Positions 35,059 through 45,117 of a stretch of 64,000 bases of DNA are shown one piece after another. The position numbers and the translations under genes are program-made. Every line of letters starts with the position of its first letter. Positions within the stretch are counted from its first letter, which is position 1. Origin of the DNA: a virus; the IMG/VR virus record IMGVR_UViG_3300017963_000016, positions 29,472 to 93,471 of that record; one strand, given 5' to 3'. The notes under the pieces are model-generated. The model saw only the letters and a program-made list of their open reading frames with translations. It had not been told where the DNA came from and did no database searches.

Positions 35059-35603
35059 CCCTCTGTCTCATGGCTTATTCTATAAGCAATGAGTATTGTA
35101 TAATGTTTATCTTTGATTATTAAAGGAGTCTCAGGAGAAAAATAAATTTTGTAAGGAGCATTAATTAATTTTAAACAAGAATCAATCAGTCTTTTTTTGT
35201 ATTGAGTTTTTGAATCTGGAATTTCATAAAGCTCAGGAATTATTTTAGGTATTAGCTTTAGATCAGATTTCTTTATTTCCTGAAATACTTTATTCCATAA
35301 TACTTTATAATGTTGTATATCAATAATCTTATCTGTAATAGCAACAATCCTCTCAGAATTAGTAGCCATATCAAACCCATGTATTTTCTTAACTATGAAA
35401 TTCTCAGTAATTAATTTCTCATATTTTTTCTTAGCCTCTTGTAGTATCCCGCATGTTCTAGGATCATTTTCGCAATCTATTCTTGATCCACAACAATCAC
35501 AAACACATTCATTGCAATTGTAATCACAATAATATTCAGCAGAAAAACTTTCCTCCCTATAATAAGCAAAATGATTGTTTAATATTTCTAAGTCTATATC
35601 CAT
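35055..35603 (-). CDS. Cys-cluster protein, paralog 2 of 3
   Basis: Near-identical MDIDLE.LNNHFAYYR start; ends YFSPETPLII...LIAYRI. Confidence 0.55.
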   Translation of the reverse strand: MDIDLEILNNHFAYYREESFSAEYYCDYNCNECVCDCCGSRIDCENDPRTCGILQEAKKKYEKLITENFIVKKIHGFDMATNSERIVAITDKIIDIQHYKVLWNKVFQEIKKSDLKLIPKIIPELYEIPDSKTQYKKRLIDSCLKLINAPYKIYFSPETPLIIKDKHYTILIAYRISHETEG

Positions 35604-35604
35604 A

Positions 35605-36180
35605 TTAACTTTCAGCCTCCTCCTTATCAGGATATTTAGGAGATATTATAATGCTATATTTTTTATCTTGAATAATCATGGGTCTTTCAGGAGCAAAAAG
35701 AATTTTGGGATTTTTAATTAAGTTAAAAGAAGAATCTATTACTCTTTTAAGAAAGGAGTGTTTATTTTCTGGGATTTCATATTCTTTAGGTATTACTCCC
35801 TCTTTCTCAATGAATACAGATTTATTAATCTCTAAGTATTGAGTTTTAAATCTTTTATTAAGGTATTCTGTATTAATCTCCTCTGAGCTTTCCCATATAC
35901 CAAAATAATGAGAGATGTTGATAGCCATATCAAAACCATAGATATTTTCGATATTAAATACTTCTATTACTTTCTTCTCATATTTCTTCTTATATTGCTC
36001 CTCAGCCTCTTTAAGTTCAGAGCAATCAGATTGGGTAATCTCACATCCAGAATAATTACCACAACATTCACATTCATGATAACGATCTCCACATTCATTA
36101 TCACAATACTCCTCCTTATCAAATTCCTCCTCTTTGAAATAAGAAAAGGCTTGGCCTAACATTTTTAAATCTAATGGCAT
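35605..36180 (-). CDS. Cys-cluster protein, paralog 3 of 3
   Basis: CECCG cluster; ends FAPERPMII...IISPK. Confidence 0.55.
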   Translation of the reverse strand: MPLDLKMLGQAFSYFKEEEFDKEEYCDNECGDRYHECECCGNYSGCEITQSDCSELKEAEEQYKKKYEKKVIEVFNIENIYGFDMAINISHYFGIWESSEEINTEYLNKRFKTQYLEINKSVFIEKEGVIPKEYEIPENKHSFLKRVIDSSFNLIKNPKILFAPERPMIIQDKKYSIIISPKYPDKEEAES

Positions 36181-36439
36181 ATTGATCTATTCCTCCTTAA
36201 TAGATTTTAAAAGTTTAATAAGATAATCTTTCTCTCCTGTTAGAATTTGTTTTTCAATGAGAGATTTGATTAGACTTCCTAAGCTACCTATTCTTCCTGA
36301 GAAATCATAATCTTGAATATATGTAGTTATCAATTCCTCAAAATCAGAACAATGAAATATTAGATTAGGTTTTGTTAATTCCTTATCGAATATTATTACA
36401 TAAGGCTGATCTTTCTCTTTAATGATTTTTAATTTCATA

Positions 36440-36838
36440 TTACTCCTCCAATTTTAAGATTACTTCTTTTAATATTTTTCTATGGCATTTATTCTTATCC
36501 TTACAATAGCAAATCAGGTAAACATCTTTCTCTTTTGCCATTTGTTTTAATTCAGCCATTCTTGAAATCTTTTTACTGTTATTCATTAATTCTTCAACGT
36601 ATAGTTTTGAATACTCTTTAAAATTCATTAGAGGATTCTTACTCCCATCTTTTTTCTTTTCAACTCCTGCTCTAATCTTTAATTCTTTACTAGGTGCTAG
36701 CAGATTATAATTATTCACATATTCAAAATGAGGCTCAGGATATTTTTTTTTAGAGAGTAAATCGAAAAGGATAAGAGCTTTATTAATTGCTCTTATTGTT
36801 TTTAGTTTACCTAAATAACAATCAATCTTTATTGGCAT
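36440..36838 (-). CDS. DUF488 family protein
   Basis: LAPSKEL...Y..EL...VYLICYC.....CHR.IL. Confidence 0.8.
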   Translation of the reverse strand: MPIKIDCYLGKLKTIRAINKALILFDLLSKKKYPEPHFEYVNNYNLLAPSKELKIRAGVEKKKDGSKNPLMNFKEYSKLYVEELMNNSKKISRMAELKQMAKEKDVYLICYCKDKNKCHRKILKEVILKLEE

Positions 36839-38008
36839 GATTAATCCTCCATTTCAGATAATTTCATATCTAAATAAGAATCCAATATTACCTCTTTGAA
36901 TAAATCTGAATTATTAAATAAATCTTGAATAAGGCTCTGAATTTGAGCATATAACTTATCTATAATTCTTTTTTGCTCTTCTGTAAAATCTATAAACATT
37001 GTTTTTCTAACTTTTGCTATTTCATTATTCATTATATGTTTTTGCTCTTCAGTAATATCATTGTATTTACTTAGCCTCCCTTTATAATAACCATAACCGT
37101 TTATGGCTCCTAGCTTTGATGAGCCTTTGGTATCAATCTCATTTTCCAGATAATCAAAATTATATTGGAAAATTCTTTTTTCAATTGTCTTTAATAGTTT
37201 GTCTTTTAATTGATTAGCATTATCAACACTAACAAGCTGAACTAATTTTAATTCAAATATATATTCCTGCTTTTTAAATTCCTTTCCCATATTATTATTC
37301 CTCCAATTACCTAATTAATAAATCTGTTATTTTTATATCTTCTGAGATTAGAATAACTCTTCCCAAACAAAATGAGCAATTAAGAAATCTCTCATCCTTT
37401 TTAATTTGCTCCTCTAAATCCTTTGGTATCTCCCTTTCAAAACAACCATTAAGGCATTTTGCTCTCATCTTAAGCCTCCAGGATTTTTGATAAAAGATAT
37501 ATTAAAACATAAAAACCTAATAAACCTAAATAAATGAAATATCCTATTAAAGCATAGATAATTAAATCCTCAGAGATTAGTATTGCTCCGATTATACCTG
37601 TAAAAGCAAATACCATTCCAATTAAAACAACTGTAATATTCAGTAAGCTAAACCAAACAGGCTCCTCTAATTTAATTCCCATCTTTTTTAGCCTCCTGAT
37701 TAAAACAATATCTTTTGAAAATTAAATAATAATATAATAAAGCAATAATCCATAATCCAATTGTTATTAATAATGTTAATGGAATATTATTCATTCTAAT
37801 TTATTTCCTCCTGGTAATACTCCTGCTAAAAAGCCTTTATTCAAATCCATAATATCTTTTATTTTATTATCTTCAATATGAGCTATAATTGGATTATGAT
37901 CATTTTGACAAAAAAAAATAAAATCCTTTTCTGTAATATCAGATTGAGAATTACAAACTTTACAAATGATCTTATTATCTTTTAATTCAACAGGAATAAT
38001 TTTCTCAT

Positions 38009-38215
38009 TCAAGAATCCTCAACTCCTTTATTCTCTGATTTCTTAGTATAGAGCATTACAAAATGCCTTAGGGCTGTTTTGACTAAATCAGCATTAGAAG
38101 AACAATTAATATTAAATTGATTTTTCATTACATCATTTAAAGTTATTAAAAAAGACTTACTTAGCTTTATGTTAGTAATTTCCTTTTCTTTAGTATCCTC
38201 TGTCATTTTAATCAA
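38009..38215 (-). CDS. Ribbon-helix-helix-like regulator, first gene of the long operon-like block
   Basis: TNIKLSK....LN......SSNADLVKTALRHF. Confidence 0.55.
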   Translation of the reverse strand: MIKMTEDTKEKEITNIKLSKSFLITLNDVMKNQFNINCSSNADLVKTALRHFVMLYTKKSENKGVEDS

Positions 38216-38334
38216 ATCAGAATAGATATTTTTTTTTTACAATATATGAAGAGGAGATATTCTTATTTAACTACGATCCCCTGATGGATTAGTAATGATC
38301 TTTCTGAGGATTGGAAAAAAAATCAAAGAATAAT

Positions 38335-38509
38335 AAACATCCCCTCCCTTTTATACCCTCCTGGTTTTTGGGCATTTTTTCGGGAGTCTATCCAGGAGTT
38401 GAATACAAGCTTTCTTAATCCCTCCTGTATTTACCTGTTTTTACTATCCCTGAGCCTTTTCCATTGATCTTTCAATGGCCAAAAAATCTCTACATATAAT
38501 GGGATGTTT
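38335..38509 (-). ncRNA. Predicted structured RNA (closing helix, three hairpins, possible pseudoknot), family unknown
   Basis: Complementary pairs 38335-43/38501-09, 38461-67/38472-78, 38402-09/38424-31, 38358-64/38392-98; G.U pairs work only on the minus strand. Confidence 0.5.
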
Positions 38510-38662
38510 TAACCCCCTGCGGTTTTTTCACAATTTCATACTTCATATACCAGGATAACATTCAAAATCATTAACGATTTAGCCTATAAATTAAGAAGAA
38601 TTATATTTTCAGAAATTAAATGGGATGACTTTACAGAGCTTTAGGTGTTAGCCTATGGGGAG

Positions 38663-38738
38663 ATAAAACTTCACATTTTATAAAAACTTATCAAAACTTT
38701 AATAACATATAAAAACTCAAACAAAAACATATAAAAAC
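38663..38738 (-). promoter_or_regulatory. Candidate promoter or iteron zone upstream of the long block
   Basis: AACATATAAAAAC at 38704 and 38726 (22 bp apart) plus further AAAAC tracts; reads TTTTTATAT (TATA-like) on the minus strand. Confidence 0.45.
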
Positions 38739-39010
38739 GTAAATTTTAGAGCCTGAAATTTTTGCTATGGTAAATTTATATTGAAAAAATCAAATTTGCT
38801 CTAAAAATTATGTTTAATTTGATTTTCTCTGAGATAAGGTTAATTATTAATAATATTAGTTTAAAGAGGATTGTAGGAAATTAGTTCTATTCAGCTCCCG
38901 GATAATTTTAAGGAATTTTTATCTCAAGAGATAATTTGAAAGCATTAAATCTCTTTAGCTGATTAGATTTATTTATAAAAACTATATTATAAAATTTTAA
39001 TCTGGAGTTT

Positions 39011-39280
39011 TTATTTGATATTCCATTCCTTTTTGACTTTTCTTTTAAGATCATTAACATCATTAGCATAAATATAAAATAATCTCTCAGATAACATTTT
39101 TGGAGTTTTAACAAATCCAAAATACAAATATTTTCCCTTTCTTTTATCTTCTGATTCTCTTCTAGCTAATTTTGTTATAGTATATTTACTAGTTTTTATA
39201 TCTTTTAAATCAATAGTCTCAGGATAAATTTTTCCAGGCATGATTATAATTAGATCAATGAATTTAATAAATTTGATCAA
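39011..39280 (-). CDS. Small basic protein, 3-beta/1-alpha DNA-binding-like family
   Basis: YIYANDVNDLKRKV motif shared with 56318, 58342 and 59547. Confidence 0.4.
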   Translation of the reverse strand: MIKFIKFIDLIIIMPGKIYPETIDLKDIKTSKYTITKLARRESEDKRKGKYLYFGFVKTPKMLSERLFYIYANDVNDLKRKVKKEWNIK

Positions 39281-39335
39281 ATACAGGAGAATTATTTAAT
39301 AAATCAAATAAAAAAAAATTCGATATTTAGTTTTA

Positions 39336-39752
39336 TTATGTTTTTCTTGATCTCTGCTTTTTTCCTATTCCATAGGCTTGTTTAACACTCTCTCCCATAG
39401 ATTCTAAAGCAATCCAACTGTTAAGAATATCTATTATGCCTAATATAATAAGAGCAAACTCAGAAATCCCTATTTGAATAACAGCATAATAAAACATAAA
39501 AATCATTCCTATTATAGCTAAGCCAACATTAATAAATACTCCTAAGGCTCTTGTTTTTCTCAAGAAAGCAAAATTGAAGATATCTATAAAGAGAATCCCA
39601 ATAGATAACCAGATTAACCATATAATCTCTGGATTGAAAAATAGAGAATTTTCTTTTAGATGTAAGTAATAATGGAGCCAAATTCCTGAGATAGCTAATA
39701 ACATATTTATTAACATTGAAGTATTGAAAATAAATGTATTTTTTACTTTCAT
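39336..39752 (-). CDS. Four-TM membrane protein
   Basis: Four hydrophobic helices and a basic tail. Confidence 0.7.
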   Translation of the reverse strand: MKVKNTFIFNTSMLINMLLAISGIWLHYYLHLKENSLFFNPEIIWLIWLSIGILFIDIFNFAFLRKTRALGVFINVGLAIIGMIFMFYYAVIQIGISEFALIILGIIDILNSWIALESMGESVKQAYGIGKKQRSRKT

Positions 39753-40441
39753 GCTTATAATTTATATTTTTGTTTTAATAAATTGTTCTATTAGATCAAA
39801 AATATGGGCGGTGTTAACTAAAAAAGAAAAAAAATAAATCCTGATTAGTCTTTAGTTCCTGTAGAGCTGATAGATAATATTCTTTTTAATTCTACAGCAG
39901 ATAATCTCAATACCTCTTCGGCTTTTTTAATCTTTCTAACTAATTCCTTATCCTTTTGGTAAATTAAATGATTCTCATTTAGTTTATCAACTCTAACAGC
40001 TATGGCAATCTGTTTATCCAGGATTTCTCTTAATAATTGATGTATATTATTGAACTGAGCAACAGTTTTAGTTCTTTTTAGCCTCTTAATTCTTTCTTCC
40101 CAACTTTCTCCCTCAATCAATTTTCTAGGCATAATATTAATTTGACTTTTCTTGTATTAAAAACTTAGGTTATATGGCTCCAAATCATTAATTTATCAGA
40201 GTAAAAATTTTTTTAAAGGAATATGATTACTTATTATTTGGTTATGAAAGTCAAAATTATCCTGGATTTATTTGAATTTAATTCAAATTCAGAGTCTAAT
40301 TGTCTTTTGGTTAAGAGATTATTCCCAATAGTCTCTCTGAATTTCAACCCTTACTCCCCCTATCTATTTTAGCATAGTTTCTATGAATTTTGATAATCAT
40401 AACTTAGCTATTTATTTAAAATAAATAAAAAAAAGAGAAAT

Positions 40442-40753
40442 TTATATTATAGTAAAGATATTGAACTTATTTTTTTTATTACTCCCGATTTCATTAGCAG
40501 GATTATGTTTTGAAGTTGCTAGATTCATTATTCCTGAGGGAGTAAGCCTAGCTGAATATTCCTTTATTTGTCTAGCCTTTTTTAGTTCAATATACTTAGT
40601 TGGCTGAAGTTTGAATAATGTATTGATTACTTGTTGATCTGTTTTTCCCAACTTCTTAGCAATCCTATTTACATTAACCCATTCAGTTCTATTCACTTTA
40701 GAGGCTGTGGAAAAAAGAGCCTCCAATGTTTTATATTGATTTAAACTAAGCAT
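40442..40753 (-). CDS. Winged-helix (MarR-like) protein
   Basis: LSLNQYKTL...IAKKLG...VINTLFKL...ARLTPSG. Confidence 0.7.
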   Translation of the reverse strand: MLSLNQYKTLEALFSTASKVNRTEWVNVNRIAKKLGKTDQQVINTLFKLQPTKYIELKKARQIKEYSARLTPSGIMNLATSKHNPANEIGSNKKNKFNIFTII

Positions 40754-41304
40754 AGAATCAACTAACTATTTTAAATTTAATTAGGATTATCAGGTATTTA
40801 TATTATAAGCTTTTATCCCATTGAACAAATCTTCTTTTAACATCATTTCTATTATTAAGTTTATCCCTATATTCCAGATCATCTCCAAAATAAACATAAT
40901 TCCCATTTTGAAGAGATTTTAACATCATATCAATCTCCCATTTATGATATGAATGTTTATACTTCTTTAACCATAATTCTAAGTTTTTCTTAGTTCTAAT
41001 CTCAATTACATAAAGATCATAAGTCTTATCTATATATCTCCATTTAAAGATTCTATGATCTCCTTTAAACAGAAATATTTTATATTTTCCTTTAAGAGCC
41101 ATGAATAATAATTTATTTTACTTTAATATAAAATTACAGGAGAAAGAAAAAAAATTGTTTAAACTCTCCTGGAGCTTAAACATTATTTAATTTTAAAATA
41201 TTCATATCCTCCAAATAACTAATTTATTTTAATATATTTAATTTTTCAGGTCCTGTAATAATTATTTTAAAAAAGACAGGATAATTATATTTTAGGAAAT
41301 AACT

Positions 41305-41976
41305 CTATTTAATGATAGGTTTAAATTCTTTAGAGGCTGTAGAGTAATCCCTAATTCCTCTGCTAGGAATTTTAGCAATTATCTTAAATGGATAATTTGC
41401 TTTAGCATTGGCTTTTGTTAAGATTTTATAATGATGTTGGCCTCCAATATAGTAAATATTTTTTCTTTTTGGATTGTCTTTCTTTAGATTAATTAGGAAT
41501 TGGCTCAGCCTGTCAATAAATATTTGTTTTTCAGCTTTTGTAAGAAGTTTTGGAGGATAATTATAATCAGGCATATCGTCTTCAATAGAATAAGGAATGG
41601 CTGTTAAAGGCTCTGAAATAATTATTTTAGTAAATCTCTTATCTCTAGTTATTACACTGAGGAATTGATGTGATGTTGATTGAGAGATTTTCTTTTTTCC
41701 ATATTTACAACGTGTCTTTCTAGCTGAGGCACATGGGAGAAATACAATTGGTTTTTGATTATCTGGATTATAGGCTAAGAGCTTTTTGTTAAACCAATTA
41801 GTATTAGACTCAGTTAAGAATGAGGCATTAAAGGGTTTATCAACTTCAGGTTTTTTACCTGTTTTAATATATTGAATGAGTTGAGCCTTATTCATTTTGG
41901 ATATTCCTGTTAATTTTTTCTTTTTAGCAATCTCAATAAGCTCTGATTTAAGCATATCTTCATATTTTTTAGCCAT
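41305..41976 (-). CDS. Rho-N/HeH domain fused to DUF5591 (archaeosine synthase ArcS-like) domain
   Basis: KSELIEIAKKKKLTGISKMNKAQLI; FLPCASARK, SQSTSHQF, ISEPL..IP, YNYPP. Confidence 0.7.
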   Translation of the reverse strand: MAKKYEDMLKSELIEIAKKKKLTGISKMNKAQLIQYIKTGKKPEVDKPFNASFLTESNTNWFNKKLLAYNPDNQKPIVFLPCASARKTRCKYGKKKISQSTSHQFLSVITRDKRFTKIIISEPLTAIPYSIEDDMPDYNYPPKLLTKAEKQIFIDRLSQFLINLKKDNPKRKNIYYIGGQHHYKILTKANAKANYPFKIIAKIPSRGIRDYSTASKEFKPIIK

Positions 41977-42362
41977 ATTATCTCAACTTTTTGATATTCT
42001 CAATTTTATATTTTTTCATATTAAATAAGTGTATAAGTTATTTGTTTTTCTTTCCAGGTTTGTTTATCTCTATATTTTTCAGTAATAGTAATTTTACCTT
42101 GTTTTATTTTGAAAGTATAACTCCTGGATACTCCAGAGGATTGAGTTAAGTAAGATGTTTTGCCTGTATAGAATGTTTTTTCGATATCCTCTCCTTTCTT
42201 TGCCATTGCTAAGATTTTCTCAATTACATCAGGCTTTCTATACTCATTATACCTGCTGTTTGTCCAATGTAATATTTTGTTAAGATTTGTTTTATTAAGC
42301 TTTAGTTTAGGCATATTAAAATTCTCTTGATAATTTCTATTAAAAATAATACTCTTTTTCTT

Positions 42363-43211
42363 TTATTTATAATTGTTGAATATAAAATTATCTAATGGGA
42401 GAGGCTTTTTAATTCTTAATCTCATATTTGAAATTAATAACTCTTTTACCAATTGATGTTTAGAATTAATTTGATGTTTAGTTAAATTCTCATAAACATA
42501 GCAAAAAGAGAATCTTTCTTTTATAGCTTCAGAATAATTTATTGTCATAATCCATTTTGCTCTTTTAAGTTGCTCTACTAAATAGAAAAATTTTTTATGA
42601 TCAAAATTTCTATGTAAGCCTCCATTTTTCCCATAGAGATTTGATAATTTATTATTAGTATAAGGAGGATCGAAATAATAGAAAATTCCAAGATGATCTT
42701 CTAATAATTCACTATAATCTTGATTAAATAATTGGGTATTAATAAAGGGAGATTTATATTCCCTTATTTTCAGAATAGATTTAATAGTAAAATGATCTTT
42801 AAATGATTTTTCAGAATATCCACTATTTAAAGCAATTCCATTAAAACCAATTCTGCTGAGGATAAAATATCTTGAGGCCTTTATTAATGAATTAGAATCA
42901 GGATTGAAAAGCTCTTTTTTACATTTCAAAAAAAGTTCCTTTCCAGATTTATATTTCTCTTTTAGCCTTAAAATCTCCTTAATTAAATCTTCATTGGAAT
43001 TAATTAGAGTATACCAAAAACAATAGAGATTTGTATTAATATCATTCAAGATTGAGGGAATTTTATTATGCTTCCTTAATTGGAAAAAAACAGAGCCTCC
43101 TCCCAAAAATAGTTCCCTATATTCTTTCATATCTTTTGGAAAGTGATTTACTAGACTTTTAGCCATGAGGCTTTTGCCTCCAGGATACCTTAATACTGAT
43201 TTAGATTTCAT
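42363..43211 (-). CDS. DNA adenine methyltransferase, Dam/D12 class
   Basis: LRYPGGKS, ELFLGGGSV, LNDIN, FDPPY, ELLISN. Confidence 0.92.
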   Translation of the reverse strand: MKSKSVLRYPGGKSLMAKSLVNHFPKDMKEYRELFLGGGSVFFQLRKHNKIPSILNDINTNLYCFWYTLINSNEDLIKEILRLKEKYKSGKELFLKCKKELFNPDSNSLIKASRYFILSRIGFNGIALNSGYSEKSFKDHFTIKSILKIREYKSPFINTQLFNQDYSELLEDHLGIFYYFDPPYTNNKLSNLYGKNGGLHRNFDHKKFFYLVEQLKRAKWIMTINYSEAIKERFSFCYVYENLTKHQINSKHQLVKELLISNMRLRIKKPLPLDNFIFNNYK

Positions 43212-43239
43212 AGTTAGTCATTCATTTCCAGGATTATTA

Positions 43240-43650
43240 TCAAATCCTGAATCCTCCTCCTCTTCTTTTTAATGCTTTCTGAAATTCCTCTTCATTAAAA
43301 ACATCATTTCTAAAACTGATATTATCAGCTCTCTCAAATACTCCAGGTATTTTTTTTCTAGCTTTAAGAACTTTAAATCTTACGGGCCTGGATTTCTCCA
43401 CTTCTATATATCCTAAATCTCTTAGATTTCTGATATATTTATTTATATTAGTTTTATTAACTCCTGTAGTATCAGCAATATCTTGATAAGTAAACCAGGT
43501 TTCTTTAGGAAATCTATTAATTATAAAATAAGCTAAATTAGTTTTATAAGGATTTCCCATTTTATTGCTAGAAAGTCTTTTAAATAATTCTTCAGCAGAA
43601 TTAAAGTTATTTTTCTCTAATTCACTCATTTTTATCTTTATAACAGTCAA
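43240..43650 (-). CDS. Winged-helix transcription regulator
   Basis: TYQDIADTTGVNKTNINKYIRNLRDLGYIEV. Confidence 0.8.
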   Translation of the reverse strand: MTVIKIKMSELEKNNFNSAEELFKRLSSNKMGNPYKTNLAYFIINRFPKETWFTYQDIADTTGVNKTNINKYIRNLRDLGYIEVEKSRPVRFKVLKARKKIPGVFERADNISFRNDVFNEEEFQKALKRRGGGFRI

Positions 43651-43997
43651 TGATATTTTCTCTCTCCATATTCTAATTCTTTTTTATCCATTTGGATTTT
43701 ATTTAAATCTTTATAATAATAACCAACTCCTTTCCATGTATATTTATCCTTAACATAGAGCCTGGTTTTATTTCTATAGATTTCCTTTAGAATAGTTAAA
43801 TCCTTATCTATAATTGTAGAATAACATTTCTTACAATAATAACCAACAGCTTTCCAGGAGCCTTTAAATTTTATATATAATCTGTTCATTGAATAAGCAT
43901 TATATCTAGCCTGAAGGCCTGAGCCTGAAGTATACAAATAATAACATTTTTCACATTTTCTGGATTGCTTTTTGCCTGTTGCTATTTTCTTTGCCAT
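43647..43997 (-). CDS. Zn-ribbon protein with internal duplication
   Basis: RLYIK....WKAVGYY and RLYVK....WKGVGYY; two CxxC. Confidence 0.55.
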   Translation of the reverse strand: MAKKIATGKKQSRKCEKCYYLYTSGSGLQARYNAYSMNRLYIKFKGSWKAVGYYCKKCYSTIIDKDLTILKEIYRNKTRLYVKDKYTWKGVGYYYKDLNKIQMDKKELEYGERKYH

Positions 43998-44144
43998 AAT
44001 TAAATATGATCTTAAGGATTTAAAAATTTATAGTATACTAAACTTATCATTATTTTCATCATTCATCATTCCAGGTAATGAGTTGGTAAAATTCTGGTAA
44101 GATCAGATTTCTATAGAAATCTATAGTTTTCTCAGGTTTGGAAA

Positions 44145-44230
44145 AATCGATCACTAGTCGTAAAATTTTTAGAGGAGAAAATATTTTAAATGAATCCTAT
44201 AATGTTTTGGAGGCTCCATGTATTCAAAAT
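44145..44230. repeat. 86 bp intergenic direct repeat, copy 1
   Basis: 80/86 identical to 54469-54554. Confidence 0.95.
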
Positions 44231-44291
44231 GCTAAGTTAGTCATTCAATATATTTTTTAATTTCGGTCCAGGAAAAAAATAAAAAATTTTT

Positions 44292-45020
44292 TTAAATGGC
44301 TCCAGGATATGCTGTTTGTCTTTTTTTTCTTCTAGTTCTAATAATAAGAAATCCAATTAAAACACTCATAATTGAAAAGACAAATATAGATATGAGAATA
44401 AAAAGAAGATCACTCTCTGCAATTGAAAAGTCTCCAAAAGTTATTAACTCCTCTTCTATTATGGTTATTCCTGAAGTAAAATCTACTCCAATTTTTTGAG
44501 GAGCTAATTCTTTTAATTCTTTCCTATAAGATATTATTTCAAAATTATTAATATTAAATGGTATTCCAATTGAGATTAATAAATTTCCCTCATGTAATGA
44601 TACATACGATTGTTTTGATATAATAAAGAAAGGCTCTGAACTCCCATTTGATTGTATTTTCAAATCATATCCCTCTATTTTACTGAAATCTGTAAAATCT
44701 TTAAACTCTAATTTATCAGGGTCAAAAAAGATATAGAAAATAAATAGATATTTGTCAAAATCTTCTTTTTTTAAATCATATTTGAAATCAATATGGAGAT
44801 TATAAGCCATAGTTGAGTAGTGTCTAATAATATCAATATTCTCATAGCCAATTTGAACATTCTCAGTTTTGAGATTTCCAAAATATTCGATTACATCATT
44901 CTGAGTATCAGTTCTTATATCTACAATTGGAGGAGGAGGCATTTCAGCTTTAGAAATTCCAACAAATATATTAAGAGTTATAAGAATTAGAAGAGTAAGA
45001 AATATTTTATTAGTTTTCAT
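44292..45020 (-). CDS. Secreted, C-terminally membrane-anchored surface protein
   Basis: Signal peptide, beta-rich ectodomain, C-terminal TM helix followed by RTRRKKR. Confidence 0.75.
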   Translation of the reverse strand: MKTNKIFLTLLILITLNIFVGISKAEMPPPPIVDIRTDTQNDVIEYFGNLKTENVQIGYENIDIIRHYSTMAYNLHIDFKYDLKKEDFDKYLFIFYIFFDPDKLEFKDFTDFSKIEGYDLKIQSNGSSEPFFIISKQSYVSLHEGNLLISIGIPFNINNFEIISYRKELKELAPQKIGVDFTSGITIIEEELITFGDFSIAESDLLFILISIFVFSIMSVLIGFLIIRTRRKKRQTAYPGAI

Positions 45021-45117
45021 AATATAAAATTAGGCTTAGTTTAATTTAAGTTATAAGTAAAAAAAAAGAAATTAATGAGAGAGTTTTATTTCAATTTTTA
45101 ATAAAAAAGGAAAAAAA

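Noticed and set aside
38335-38509. tRNA, RNase P or SRP RNA
   Set aside because: No T-loop GTTCRA, RNase P GAGGAAAGTCC core or SRP helix-8 motif was found.
38908-39120. ORF overlapping 39011..39280
   Set aside because: It has a TTG start inside a better-supported gene in another frame; probably spurious.
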